Shown here piece after piece: positions 1-11,800 of a stretch of 64,000 bases of DNA. The stretch spans positions 88,660,001 to 88,724,000 of the forward strand of contig OZ296658.1 of the NCBI GenBank assembly GCA_965655095.1, read 5' to 3'. The stretch is from Haplodiscus bocki (Eukaryota). Position numbers and translations under genes: made by a program. The notes below the pieces were generated by a model. It searched no databases, was not told the DNA's origin, and was given only the letters and a program-made list of their open reading frames with translations. Each line of letters starts with the position of its first letter. The first letter of the stretch is position 1.

Positions 1-142
1 GATTAATGAGTTCTTTAGTTTACAGACTGGTTTTTATGATGTAACTGATCGAAACATTATATGAATTTTTTTAATCCCTTTTTCATATGAACAAAAACCT
101 GTTGATAATGGTAGTTTAGAATAATTGCAGATGGCGAATACC

Positions 143-1545
143 CCAAACAACATCATTTTCAATTCAACTCGGAATTGGCTGAAAAATATGGGAATGATAG
201 AAATGTAGTTGAGGTTTTTCATAGTTTGTGAGACCTTTTTTTACTGAACATAGAAAAAAGGACATCCGATGACATTTTTGAAGGCGGCATAGTTATGTAG
301 TTCAGTATGCAGCGAGCAATGTGGGTTAAAAAGATTTATGGGGCCATTTGGTTTGATCCAAGTGAAATTGATATCATCATTCCACCGGGTTAATGTAAAG
401 TAGCTGACATCGATAAAGCAATGTAAATAGAAGTGTGAACACATGACTTCTCTTCGAACAACACATCATGGTTTAGTGTACACTTAGTAAAAGAATGAAC
501 TGTTACGTTTTAATATTCATTTTTGGGAGCTGTACAACAGTTTGCTTGGGTTTTAGAGTATATCTTTGACTACTCAAATATTGATGAGGAAGTTTTTATG
601 AAAACTATTAAAGAGAATATGCATGCCTGAAATTTGTATTTCTATTCTTTTGAAAAAAGAAGGGTTTTGTTAATAGGCTTCAAAAAGTGGTTTTCTTCCA
701 AAATAAGATTCTGAACTGGTTAAAAATGGACTCTTGTTGCTACTTAAGCTTTGAGACATAATGGTTTTCCTAGATCATGCTTTCTTTCTGAATTACTGCA
801 AAACGTTTAGCTGTTAATTAAAGTTGTTAGTTAAAACAACATTATTTACAAATCAAAATGGAACTGGCTGATTCTTTTGGAAAATTTGGAACTAGTGGCG
901 ACAATTTTGATTATTTGTGAGATGTTAATTAATAAAAACATAGAAAATGCTAAACTTACGGGTTTAAAAGATGACATCCGCTTTCATTTTTTGAAAGCGG
1001 CATAGATGTGTTGATCAGTATGCAATCAACAATATGGGTAAAAAGTTTATGGGCTCCGTTTGGTTTGATCCAATTGAAATCGTTATCATGGTTCCACCTG
1101 GAATTTTTAAAATAACTGATCAATAACTGAAGCAATGGGAATAGAAGTTTAATCAGATGATTTATGAAGGGAATCAATTCTAACAACACATCTTGTTTTA
1201 GTGTACACTTAATAATGGAATGAAGTGTCAGGTTTTAACTATTCTTTTTGGAAGCTGTAGAACACTTTGTTTGTTTTTTGGAGTTTTTCTTGGACTACTT
1301 AAAGAATGATGAGATGGTTGTTACTATAAAAGAGAATATGCATGCTTAAAATTTAGCTTTCGATTCGTTTTGAAAAAAGGATTTTGTTGAAAAAAGCTTC
1401 AAGAAAGCGATTTCCAAAGTGAGCTGCGAAACTGATTAAATATGGAGTCTTGTTCGTCTTTGTGCTTCAAGACTAAATGGTTTTTTTTATAATACTTAGC
1501 TTCTGAACCACTGGAAAATGATAAGCTGTAACCTAAAGTTGTCAT
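143..1545 (+). repeat. Diverged ~0.7 kb internal tandem duplication within each A monomer (module 1 ~143-834, module 2 ~835-1545)
   Basis: Paired landmarks in unit 1: AAACAACAT..GAAYTGGCTGA (~144-182 and ~834-871), TTTGGTTTGATCCAA (~346 and ~1058), TTAGTGTACACTT (~473 and ~1198), AAGAGAATATGCATGC (~611 and ~1329). Present in every full A unit; B and C carry one copy. Confidence 0.92.
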
Positions 1546-2842
1546 ACCCTAGAATTTGTTTTTAAGTTTCCAAGGATAATTAGGATGTTTTGTGAACCAA
1601 GATTTTTTTTCGTGGTTAGGTGTGTGCTTCTGGGAAATCGGGAAATAATGAAGAAGTCCATCTGAAAACTTTAAAGTCACCCATATCCTCTATCTTTGGC
1701 GTCAGAAAACTGCAAAAATTGTTGAATAATCTGCAAAAGAAAGTTTGGGTCGATGTTGGCACAAGCATCAATATTTTCAAAATCGAAAATCAAGTTGGTA
1801 TGGAGACAGTTAAACAATATAAAGATGCCTTTTCTTTGCATGTGAAGACTCGAGTAATTGGTACAGAAGCTGTTGGATATAGCCTTCAAGTTGGCTGTAT
1901 GCTAAAAAGACAGCATAAGTTGAGATCTTTTGCTGAAATTGCAAAAAAATAGTCAACGCGAGTTCCCTAATTGTATTACGTTTGTTCAATCACAAGCATT
2001 AAACTTGATTCTCTTTTTCCCGGATACGAAGCTCGAGAACAGTTTTTTCACGCAAACCGTTCGATAGTAAAATAGCTACAAGTTTTTTTTAATATATGGA
2101 ACAATCACTTGTTTTGATACGAACAGTTTTTATCGATTAGATAAACCTAGCTAACAAAAAGAAACCAACAACTCAAAAAGTTGAAATTCCTGAAAAGAAT
2201 TGAAATCAAGGTTTCGATATTGCTGAGGTTTGTGAAGTTACTACTGATGACAAAAGGAAGTGTAGCTCGAAAAAAAGATTTGAGAAGTTAATTCAAGTCA
2301 AAAAAATTGATGTTTAAAGTTGATCCTCTGTAAATACAACTTCCGTGGTGGTTTTTCTGAAAGAAACTCAATTTAGAAGGATTGATTTACAATAGAATAA
2401 AATGAGGAACAGCGTATTTGTGGAGAGAAGTCGTTTCATGAATGTTGTTCAAAAGCTGTAAATGACGTGTTTTTCAAAATGGGTTTGCTTGGAAATTGTT
2501 AGCATTGAAATATTTTTTAGCAAACTATGACTCAAAAAGAAGCGCAACAAGCAATGTGAGTTACAGGAGGTGCTTATTGAATTAGAATTGGTTAGTGTGG
2601 ATACTAACATGAAAGTTGGTCTTGTATTAGCAACATCTGCTTCCATCCAACTTTTGGACTCATTTGGTTTTGTTCTATGGATATTACAATTTCTGTTCGT
2701 ATGCTTGTGCGCATCCAAAAGTTTTACTATACTAACTGCCAAAGGAGCTATAAGAATGTATTTACTTATAATACCCAACCAAACAACGATAGATTACTTG
2801 CAAGTTAGTGTTCGTGTATTCTGTATCGTTTTGGACTTATGA
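1245..2842 (+). pseudogene. Decayed DUF4116-like repeat-protein coding sequence (representative copy in A unit 1; present in every monomer)
   Basis: Plus-strand fragments broken by stops and frameshifts: EAVEH..DYLKNDEMVVTIKENMHA*NLAFDSF, LASEPLENDK, CASGKSGNNEEVHLKTLK (CASGKLRNNEEV in unit 10), KIENQVGMETVKQ (EVGMEAVKQ in other units), QNGFAWK, KVGLVLATSASIQLLDSFGFVL. These resemble the DUF4116 unit D-K-E-I-V-L-E-A-V-K-Q-N-G-x-A-L-x-Y-A-S-E-E-L-K-N recalled from memory. No search was run. Confidence 0.65.
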
Positions 2843-5800
2843 GTTTCAAATATCAAAACAATTGAGAAGTATTCGAAAACTGTGGAGCTAGGTTCCTCAG
2901 CGAAGCGTTTTTAAATCTTCGATTGGAGATCTCAAAGGATAACGACCTCTTTCGTGGACCTAAACCGAAATCGATTGAACGAAGCAATACAGGAGATACT
3001 CAAAATTTTTCGCAGTTAGATTCTCATCTCTTCGAGATGTGTTGACTGCTTCAATAATTGCTAGTTGACTTTCATGTTTGTCGGAAAAATCAAATAGACC
3101 TATCTCAATCTACTTCCACTATTGAAAGGGAGTCTTGTCCTAGAGTAAGGATCATCACTTCAGCTGGTAGTAAAAATTTCACTTCAAAAACCGACGAGAG
3201 ACTGGATTTTTGGATGAATGATTCCAAAAAATGACCGCTTTCAGAAACATGGATCATGGGATTAATGAGTTCTTTAGTTTACAGACTGGTTTTTATGATG
3301 TAACTGATCGAAACATTATATGAAATTTTTTAATCCCTTTTTCATATGAACAAAAACCTGTTGATAATGGTAGTTTAGAATAATTGCAGATGGCGAATAC
3401 CCCAAACAACATCATTTTCAATTCAACTCGGAATTGGCTGAAAAATATGTGAATGATAGAAATGTAGTTGAGGTTTTTCATAGTTTGTGAGACCTTTTTT
3501 TTACTGAACATAGAAAAAAGGACATCCGATGACATTTTTGTAGGCGGCATAGTTATGTAGTTCAGTATGCAGTGAGCAATGTGGATTAAAAAATTTACAG
3601 GGCCATTTGGTTTGATCCAAGTGAAATTAATATCATCATTCCACCGGGTTAATGTAAAGTAACTGACATCGATAAAGCAATGTAAATGGAAGTTTAAACA
3701 CATGACTTCTATTCGATCAACACATCATGGTTTAGTGTACACTTAATAAAAGAATGAAGTGTTACGTTTTAATATTCATTTTGGGAGCTGTACAACAGTT
3801 TGCTTGGGTTTTAAAGTATATCTTTGACTACTCAAATATTGATGAGGAATTTTTCATGAAAACTATACAAGAGAATATGCATGCCTAAAATTTGCATTCC
3901 TATTCTTTTGAAAAAAGAAGGGTTTTGTTAATAGGCTTCAAAAAGTGGTTTTCTTCCAAAATAAGATTCTGAACTGGTTAAAAATGGACTCTTGTTGCTA
4001 CTTAAGCTTTGAGACATAATGGTTTTCCTAGATCATGCTTTCTTTCTGAATTACTGCAAAACGTTTAGCTGTTAATTAAAGTTGTTAGTTAAAACAACAT
4101 TATTTACAATTCAAAATAGAACTGGCTGATTCATTTGGAAAATTTTGAACTAGTGGCGACAATTCTGATTATTTGTGAGATGTTAATTAATAAAAACATA
4201 GAAAAGGCTAAACTTAAGGGTTTAAAAGATGACATCCGCTTTCAATTTTTGAGAGCGGCATAGATGTGTTGATCAGTATGCAATCAACAATATGGGTAAA
4301 AAGTTTATGGGCTCCCTTTGGTTTGATCCAATTGAAATCATTATCATGGTTCCACCTGGAATTTTTAAAATAACTGATCAATAACTGAAGCATTGGGAAT
4401 AGAAGTTTAATCAGATGATTTATCAAGGGAATCAATTCTAACAACACATCTTGTTTTAGTGTACACTTAATAATGGAATGAAGTGTTAGGTTTTAACTAT
4501 TCTTTTTGGAAGCTGTAGAACACTTTGTTTGTTTTTTGGAGTTTTTCTTGGACTACTTAAAGAATGATGAGAGGGTTGTTACTATAAAAGAGAATATGCA
4601 TGCTTAAAATTTAGCTTTCGATTCGTTTTGAAAAAAGGATTTTGTTGAAAAAAGCTTCAAGAAAGCGATTTCCAAAGTGAGCTGCGAAACTGATTAAATA
4701 TTGGAGTCTTGTTCATCTTTGTGCTTCAAGACTCAATGGTTTTTTTAAAATGCTTAGCTTCTGAAATTTTGGAAAATGATAAGCTGTAACCTAAAGTTGT
4801 CATACCCTAGAAATTGTTTTTATGTTTCCAAGGACAATTAGAATGTTTTGTGAACCAATATTTTTTTCGTGGTTAGGTGTGCGCTTCTGGGAAATTGGGA
4901 AATAATGAAGAAGTCCATCTGAAAACTTTGAAGTCACCCATGTCCTCTGTCTTTGGCGTCAGAAAACTGCAAAAGTTGTTGAATAATCTGCAAAAGAAAG
5001 TTTGGGTCGATGTTGGCACAAGCATCAATATTTTCAAAATCGAAAAAGAAGTTGGTATGGAGGCAGTTAAACAATATAAGGATGCCTTTTCTTTGCATGT
5101 GAAGAATCGAGTAACTGGTACAGAAGCTGTTGAATATAGCCTTGAAGTTGGCTGTTTGCTAAAAAGACAGCATAAAATGAAATCTTTTGCTGAAATTGAA
5201 AAAAAAATAGTCAACGCGAGTTCCCTAATTGTATTACGTTTGTTCAATCACAAGCATTAAACTTGGTTCTCTTTTTCCTGGATACGAAGTTCGGGAACAG
5301 TTTTTTCACGCAAACCGTTCGATAGTAAAATAGCTACAAGTTTTTTTAATATATGGAACAATCACTGGTTTTGATACGAACAGTTTTTATCGATAAGATA
5401 GAAACCTAGCTAACAAAAAAAACCAACAACTCAAAAAGTTGAACTTCCTGAAAAGATTTCAAATCAAGGTTTCGATATTGCTGAGAATCGTGAAGTTACT
5501 ACTGATGACAGAAGGAAGTGTAGCTCGGAAAAAATGTTTGAGAAGTTAATTCAAGTCAAAAAAATTGATGTTTAAAGTTGATGCTCTGTAAATACAACTT
5601 CCGTGGTGGTTTTTTTGAAAGAAACTCAATTTAGAAGGTTTGATTTACAATAGAAAAAAATGCAGGACAGCGTATTTGTGGAGAGAAGTCGTTTCATAAA
5701 TGTTGTTCAAATGCTGTAAATGACGTGTTTTTCAAAATGGGTTTGCTTGGAAATTGTCAGCATTGAAAGATTTTTTTAGCAAACTATGCCTCAAAAAGTA

Positions 5801-8800
5801 GCGCAACAAGCAATGTGAGTTACAGGAGGTGCTTATTGAATTAGAATTGGTTAGTGTGGATACTAACATGAAGGTTGGTCTTGTATTAGCAACATCTGCC
5901 TCCATCCAACTTCTGGAACTTGTTGGATTTTGTTCTATGAATATTACCTTTTCGTATGGTTGTGCGCATCCAAAAGTTTTAGTAAACTAACTGTCAAAGG
6001 AGGTATAAGAATCTATTTACCTGTAATACCCTACTAAACAACGATAGATTACTTGCAAGTTAGTGTTCGTGTATTCTGTATCGTTTTGGACTTATGAGTT
6101 TCAAATATCAAAACAATTGAGAAATATTCGAAAACTGTGGAGCTAGGTTCCTCAGCGAAGCGTTTTTAAATCTTCGATTTGACATCTCAAAGGATAACAA
6201 CCTCTTTCATGGACCTAAACAGAAATCGATTGAACGAAGCAATACAGGAGATACTCAAAATTCTTCGCAGTTAGATTATCATGTCTTCGAGATGTCTTGA
6301 CTGCTTCAATAACTGCTAGTTGACTTTCATGTTTGTCGGAAAAATCAAATAGACCTATCTCAATCTACTTCCACTATTGAAAGGGAGTCTTGTCCTAGAG
6401 TAAGGAACATCACTTCAGCTGGCAGTAGAAATTTCACTTCAAAAACCGACGAGAGACTGTGGATTTTTGGATGAATGATTCCAAAAATTGACCGCTTTCA
6501 GAAACATGGATCATGGGATTAATGAGTTCTTTAGTTTACAGACTGGTTTTTATGATGTAACTGATCGAAACATTATATGAATTTTTTTAATCCCTTTTTC
6601 ATATGAACAAAAACCTGTTGATAATGGTAGTTTAGAATAATTGCAGATGGCGAATACCCCAAACAACATCATTTTCAATTCAACTCGGAATTGGCTGAAA
6701 AATATGGGAATGATAGAAATGTAGTTGAGGTTTTTCATAGTTTGTGAGACCTTTTTTTACTGAACATAGAAAAAAGGACATCCGATGACATTTTTGAAGG
6801 CGGCATAGTTATGTAGTTCAGTATGCAGTGAGCAATGTGGGTTAAAAAATTTACGGGGCCATTTGGTTTGATCCAAGTGAAATTAATATCATCATTCCAC
6901 CGGGTTAATGTAAAGTAACTGACATCGCTAAAGCAATGTAAATGGAAGTGTGAACACATGACTTCTATTCGATCAACACATTATGGTTTAGTGTACACTT
7001 GATAAAAGAATGAAGTGTTACGTTTTAATATTCATTTTGGGAGCTGTACAACAGTTTGCTTGGGTTTTAAAGTATATCTTTGACTACTCAAATATTGATG
7101 AGGAAATTTTTATGAAAACTATACAAGAGAATATGCATGCCTAGAATTTATATTTCGGTTCTTTTGAAAAAGAAAAGGGTTTTGTAAATAGGCTTCAAAA
7201 AGTGGTTTTCTTCCAAATTAAGATTGTGAACTGGTTAAAAATGGATTCTTGTTGCTACTTAAGCTTTGAGACATAATGGTTTTCCTAGATCAAGCTTCAA
7301 GTCTGAACTACTGCAAAATCTTTAGCTGTTAATTAAAGTTGTTAGTTAAAACAACATTATTTACAATTCAAAATAGAACTGGCTGATTCATTCGGAAAAT
7401 TTGGAACTAGTGGCGACAATTTTGAATATTTGTGAGATGTTAATTAATAAAAACATTGAAAAGGCTACACTTAAGGGTTTAAAAGATGACATCCGCTTTC
7501 ATTTTTTGAAAGCGGCATAGATGTGTTGATCAGTATGCAATCAACAATATGGGTAGAAAGTTTATGGGCTCCGTTTGGTTTGATCCAATTGAAATCATTA
7601 TCATGGTTCCACCTGGAATTTTTAAAATAACTGATCAATAACTGAAGCAATGAGAATAGAAGTTTAATCAGATGATTTATCAAGGGAATCAATTCTAACA
7701 ACACATCTTGTTTTAGTGTACACTTAATAAAGGAATGAAGTGTTAGGTTTTAACTATTCTTTTTGGAAGCTGTAGAACACTTTGTTTGTTTTTTGGAGTT
7801 TTTCTTTGACTACTTAAAGAATGATGAGAGGGTTGTTACTATAAAAGAGAATATGCATGCTTAAAATTTAGCTTTCGATTCGTTTTGAAAAAAGGATTTT
7901 GTTGCAAAAAGCTTCAAGAAAGCGATTTCCAAAGTGAGCTGCCAAACTGAATAAATATTGGAGTCTTGTTCACCTTTGTGCTTCAAGACTCAATGGTTTT
8001 TTTAATGCTTAGCTTCTGAAGTACTGGAAGATGATAAGCTGTAACCTAAAGTTGTCATACCCTAGAATTTGTTTTTAAGTTTCCAAGGACAATTAGGATG
8101 TTTTGTGAACCAAGATTTTTTTTTCGTGGTTAGGTGTGTGCTTCTGGGAAATCGGGAAATAATGAAGAATTCCATCTGAAAACTTTGAAGTCACCCATGT
8201 CCTCTATCTTTGGCGTCAGAAAACTGCAAAAGTTGTTGAATAATCTGCAAAAGAAAGTTTGGGTCGATGTTGGCACGCATCAATATTTTCAAAATCGAAA
8301 ATGAAGTTGGTATGGAGGCAGTTAAACAATATAAAGATGCCTTTTCTTTGTATGTGAAGAATCGAGTAATTGGTACAGAGGCTGTTGGATATAGCCTTCA
8401 TGTTGGCTGTTTGCTAAAAAGACAGCATAAATTGAAATCTTTTGCTGAAATTGAAAAAAAAAGTCAACGCGAGTTCCCTAATTGTATTACGTTTGTTCAA
8501 TCACAAGCATTAAACTTGGTTCTCTTTTTCCTGGATACGAAGTTCGGGAACAGTTTTTTCACGCAAACCGTTCGATAGTAAAATAGCTACAAGTTTTTTT
8601 AATATATGGAACAATCACTGGTTTTGATACGAACAGTTTTTATCGATTAGATAGAAACCTAGCTAACAAAAAGAAACCAACAACTCAAAAAGTTGAACTT
8701 CCTGAAAAGATTTGAAATCAAGGTTTCGATATTGCTGAGATTTGTGAAGTTACTACTGATGACAAAAGGAATTGTGGCTCGAAAAAAAAGAATTGAGAAG

Positions 8801-11800
8801 TTAATTCAAGTCAAAAAAATTGATGTTTAAAGTTGATGCTCTGTAAATTCAACTTCCGTGGTGGTTTTTCTGGAAGAAACTCAATTTAGGAGGTGTGATT
8901 TACAATAGAAAAAAATGCAGAACAGCGTATTTGTGGAGAGAAGTCGTTTCATAAATGTTGTTCAAATGCTGTAAATGACGTGTTTTTCAAAATGGGTTTG
9001 CTTGGAAATTGTCAGCATTGAAAGATTTTTTTTAGCAAACTATGCCTCAAAAAGTAGCGCAACAAGCAATGTGAGTTACAGGAGGTGCTTAGTGAATTAG
9101 AATTGGTTAGTGTGGATACTAACATGAAAGTTCGTCTTGTATTAGCAACATCTGCCTCCATCCAACTTCTGGAACTCGTTGGATTTTGTTCTATGAATAT
9201 TACCTTTTCGTATGGTTGTGCGCATCCAAAAGTTTTACTAAACTAACTGCCAAAGGAGCTATAAGAATGTATTTACTTGTAATACCCAACCAAACAACGA
9301 TAGATTACTTGCAAGTTAGTGTTCGTGTATTCTGTATCGTTTTGAACTTTTGAGTTTCAAATATCAAAACAATTGAGAAATATTCGAAAACTGTGGAGCT
9401 AGGTTCCTCAGCGAAGCGTGTTTAAATCTTCGATTGGACATCTCAAAGGATAACAACCTCTTTCATGGACCTAAACAAATCGATTGAACGAAGCAATACA
9501 GGATATACTCAAAATTCTTCACAGTTAGATTATCATGTCTTCGAGATGTCTTGACTGCTTCAATAACTGCTAGTTGACTTTCATGTTTGTCGGAAAAATC
9601 AAATAGACCTATCTCAATCTACTTCCACTATTGAAAGGGAGTCTTGTCCTAGAGTAAGGAACATCACTTCAGCTGGTAGTAGAAATTTTACTTAAAAAAC
9701 CGACGAGAGACTGTGGATTTTTGGATGAATGATTTCAAAAAATGACCGCTTTCAGAAACATGGATCATGGGATTAATGAGTTCTTTAGTTTACAGACTGG
9801 TTTTTATGATATAACTGATCGAAACATTATATGAAATTTTTTAATCCCTTTTTCATATGAACGAAAACTGTTGATAATGGTAGTTTAGAATGCCCCAAAC
9901 AACATCATTTTCAATTCAACTCGGAATTGGCTGAAAAATATGGGAATGATAGAAATGTAGTTGAGGTTTTTCATAGTTTGTGAGACCTTTTTTTACTGAA
10001 CATAGAAAAAAGGACATCCGATGACATTTTTGAAGGCGGCATAGTTATGTAGTTCAGTATGCAGTGAGCAATGTGGGTTAAAAAATTTATGGGGCCATTT
10101 GGTTCGATCCAAGTGAAATTAATATCATCATTCCACCGGGTTAATGTAAAGTAACTGACATCGATAAAGCAATGTAAATGGAAGTGTAAACACATGACTT
10201 CTATTCGATCAACACATTATGGTTTAGTGTACACTTAATAAAAGAATGAAGTGTTACGTTTTAATATTCATTTTGGGAGCTGTACAACAGTTTGCTTGGG
10301 TTTTAAAGTATATCTTTGACTAATCAAATATTGATGAGGAAATTTTTATGAAAACTATACAAGAGAATATGCATGCCTAGAATTCATATTTCGGTTCTTT
10401 TGAAAAAGAAAAGGGTTTTGTAAATAGGCTTCAAAAAGTGGTTTTCTTCCAAATTAAGATTGTGAACTGGTTAAAAATGGATTCTTGTTGCTACTTAAGC
10501 TTTGAGACATAATGGTTTTCCTAGATCAAGCTTCAAGTCTGAATTACTGCAAAATCTTTAGCTGTTAATTAAAGTTTTTAGTTAAAACAACATTATTTAC
10601 AATTCAAAATAGAACTGGCTGATTCATTTGGAAAATTTGGAACTAGTGGCGACAATTTTGAATATTTGTGAGATGTTAATTAATAAAAACATTGAAAAGG
10701 CTACACTTAAGGGTTTAAAAGATGACATCCGCTTTCATTTTTTGAAAGCGGCATAGATGTGTTGATCAGTATGCAATCAACAATATGGGTAGAAAGTTTA
10801 TGGGCTCCGTTTGGTTTGATCCAATTGAAATCATTATCATGGTTCCACCTGGATTTTTTAAAATAACTGATCAATAACTGAAGCAATGAGAATAGAAGTT
10901 TAATCAGATGATTTATCAAGGGAATCAATTCTAACAACACATCTTGTTTTAGTGTACACTTAATAAAGGAATGAAGTGTTAGGTTTTAACTATTCTTTTT
11001 GGAAGCTGTAGAACACTTTGTTTGTTTTTTGGAGTTTTTTTTTGACTATTTAATGAATGATGAGAGGGTTGTTACTATAAAAGAGAATATGCATGCTTGA
11101 AATTTAGCTTTCGATTCGTTTTGAAAAAAGGATTTTGTTGAAAAAAGCTTCAAGAAAGCGGTTTCCAAATTGAGCTGCGAAACTGATTAAATATGGAGTC
11201 TTGTTCATCTTTGTGCTTCAAGACTCAATGGTTTTTTTAATGCCTAGCTTCTGAAGTACTGGAAGATGATAAGCTGTAACCTAAAGTTTTCATACCCTAG
11301 AATTTGTTTTTAAGTTTCCAGGGATATTCAGGATGTTTTGTGAACCAAGATTTTTTTTTCGTGGTTAGGTGTGTGCTTCTGGGAAATCGGGAAATAATGA
11401 AGAATTCCATCTGAAAACTTTGAAGTCACCCATGTCCTCTATCTTTGGCGTCAGAAAACTGCAAAAGTTGTTGAATAATCTGCAAAAGAAAGTTTGGGTC
11501 GATGTTGGCACGCATCAATATTTTCAAAATCGAAAATGAAGTTGGTATGGAGGCAGTTAAACAATATAAAGATGCCTTTTCTTTGTATGTGAAGAATCGA
11601 GTAATTGGTACAGAGGCTGTTGGATATAGCCTTCATGTTGGCTGTTTGCTAAAAAGACAGCATAAATTGAAATCTTTTGCTGAAATTGAAAAAAAAAGTC
11701 AACGCGAGTTCCCTAATTGTATTACGTTTGTTCAATCACAAGCATTAAACTTGATTCTCTTTTTCTTGGATACGAAGCTCGAGAACAGTTTTTTCACGCA

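Noticed and set aside
475-484. Palindromes AGTGTACACT (A, C) and TGGAATTCCA (C)
   Set aside because: Ten-base palindromes are expected by chance in AT-rich DNA, and the first is broken in family B.
2579-2600. Telomere-like TTAG/TTGG wording
   Set aside because: No tandem run of a telomeric unit.
2560-2960. Major-capsid-like wording (LIELELVS; FLSEAFLNLRLDISKD)
   Set aside because: Too short and generic to support a family call, and the neighbouring sequence fits DUF4116-like repeats at least as well.
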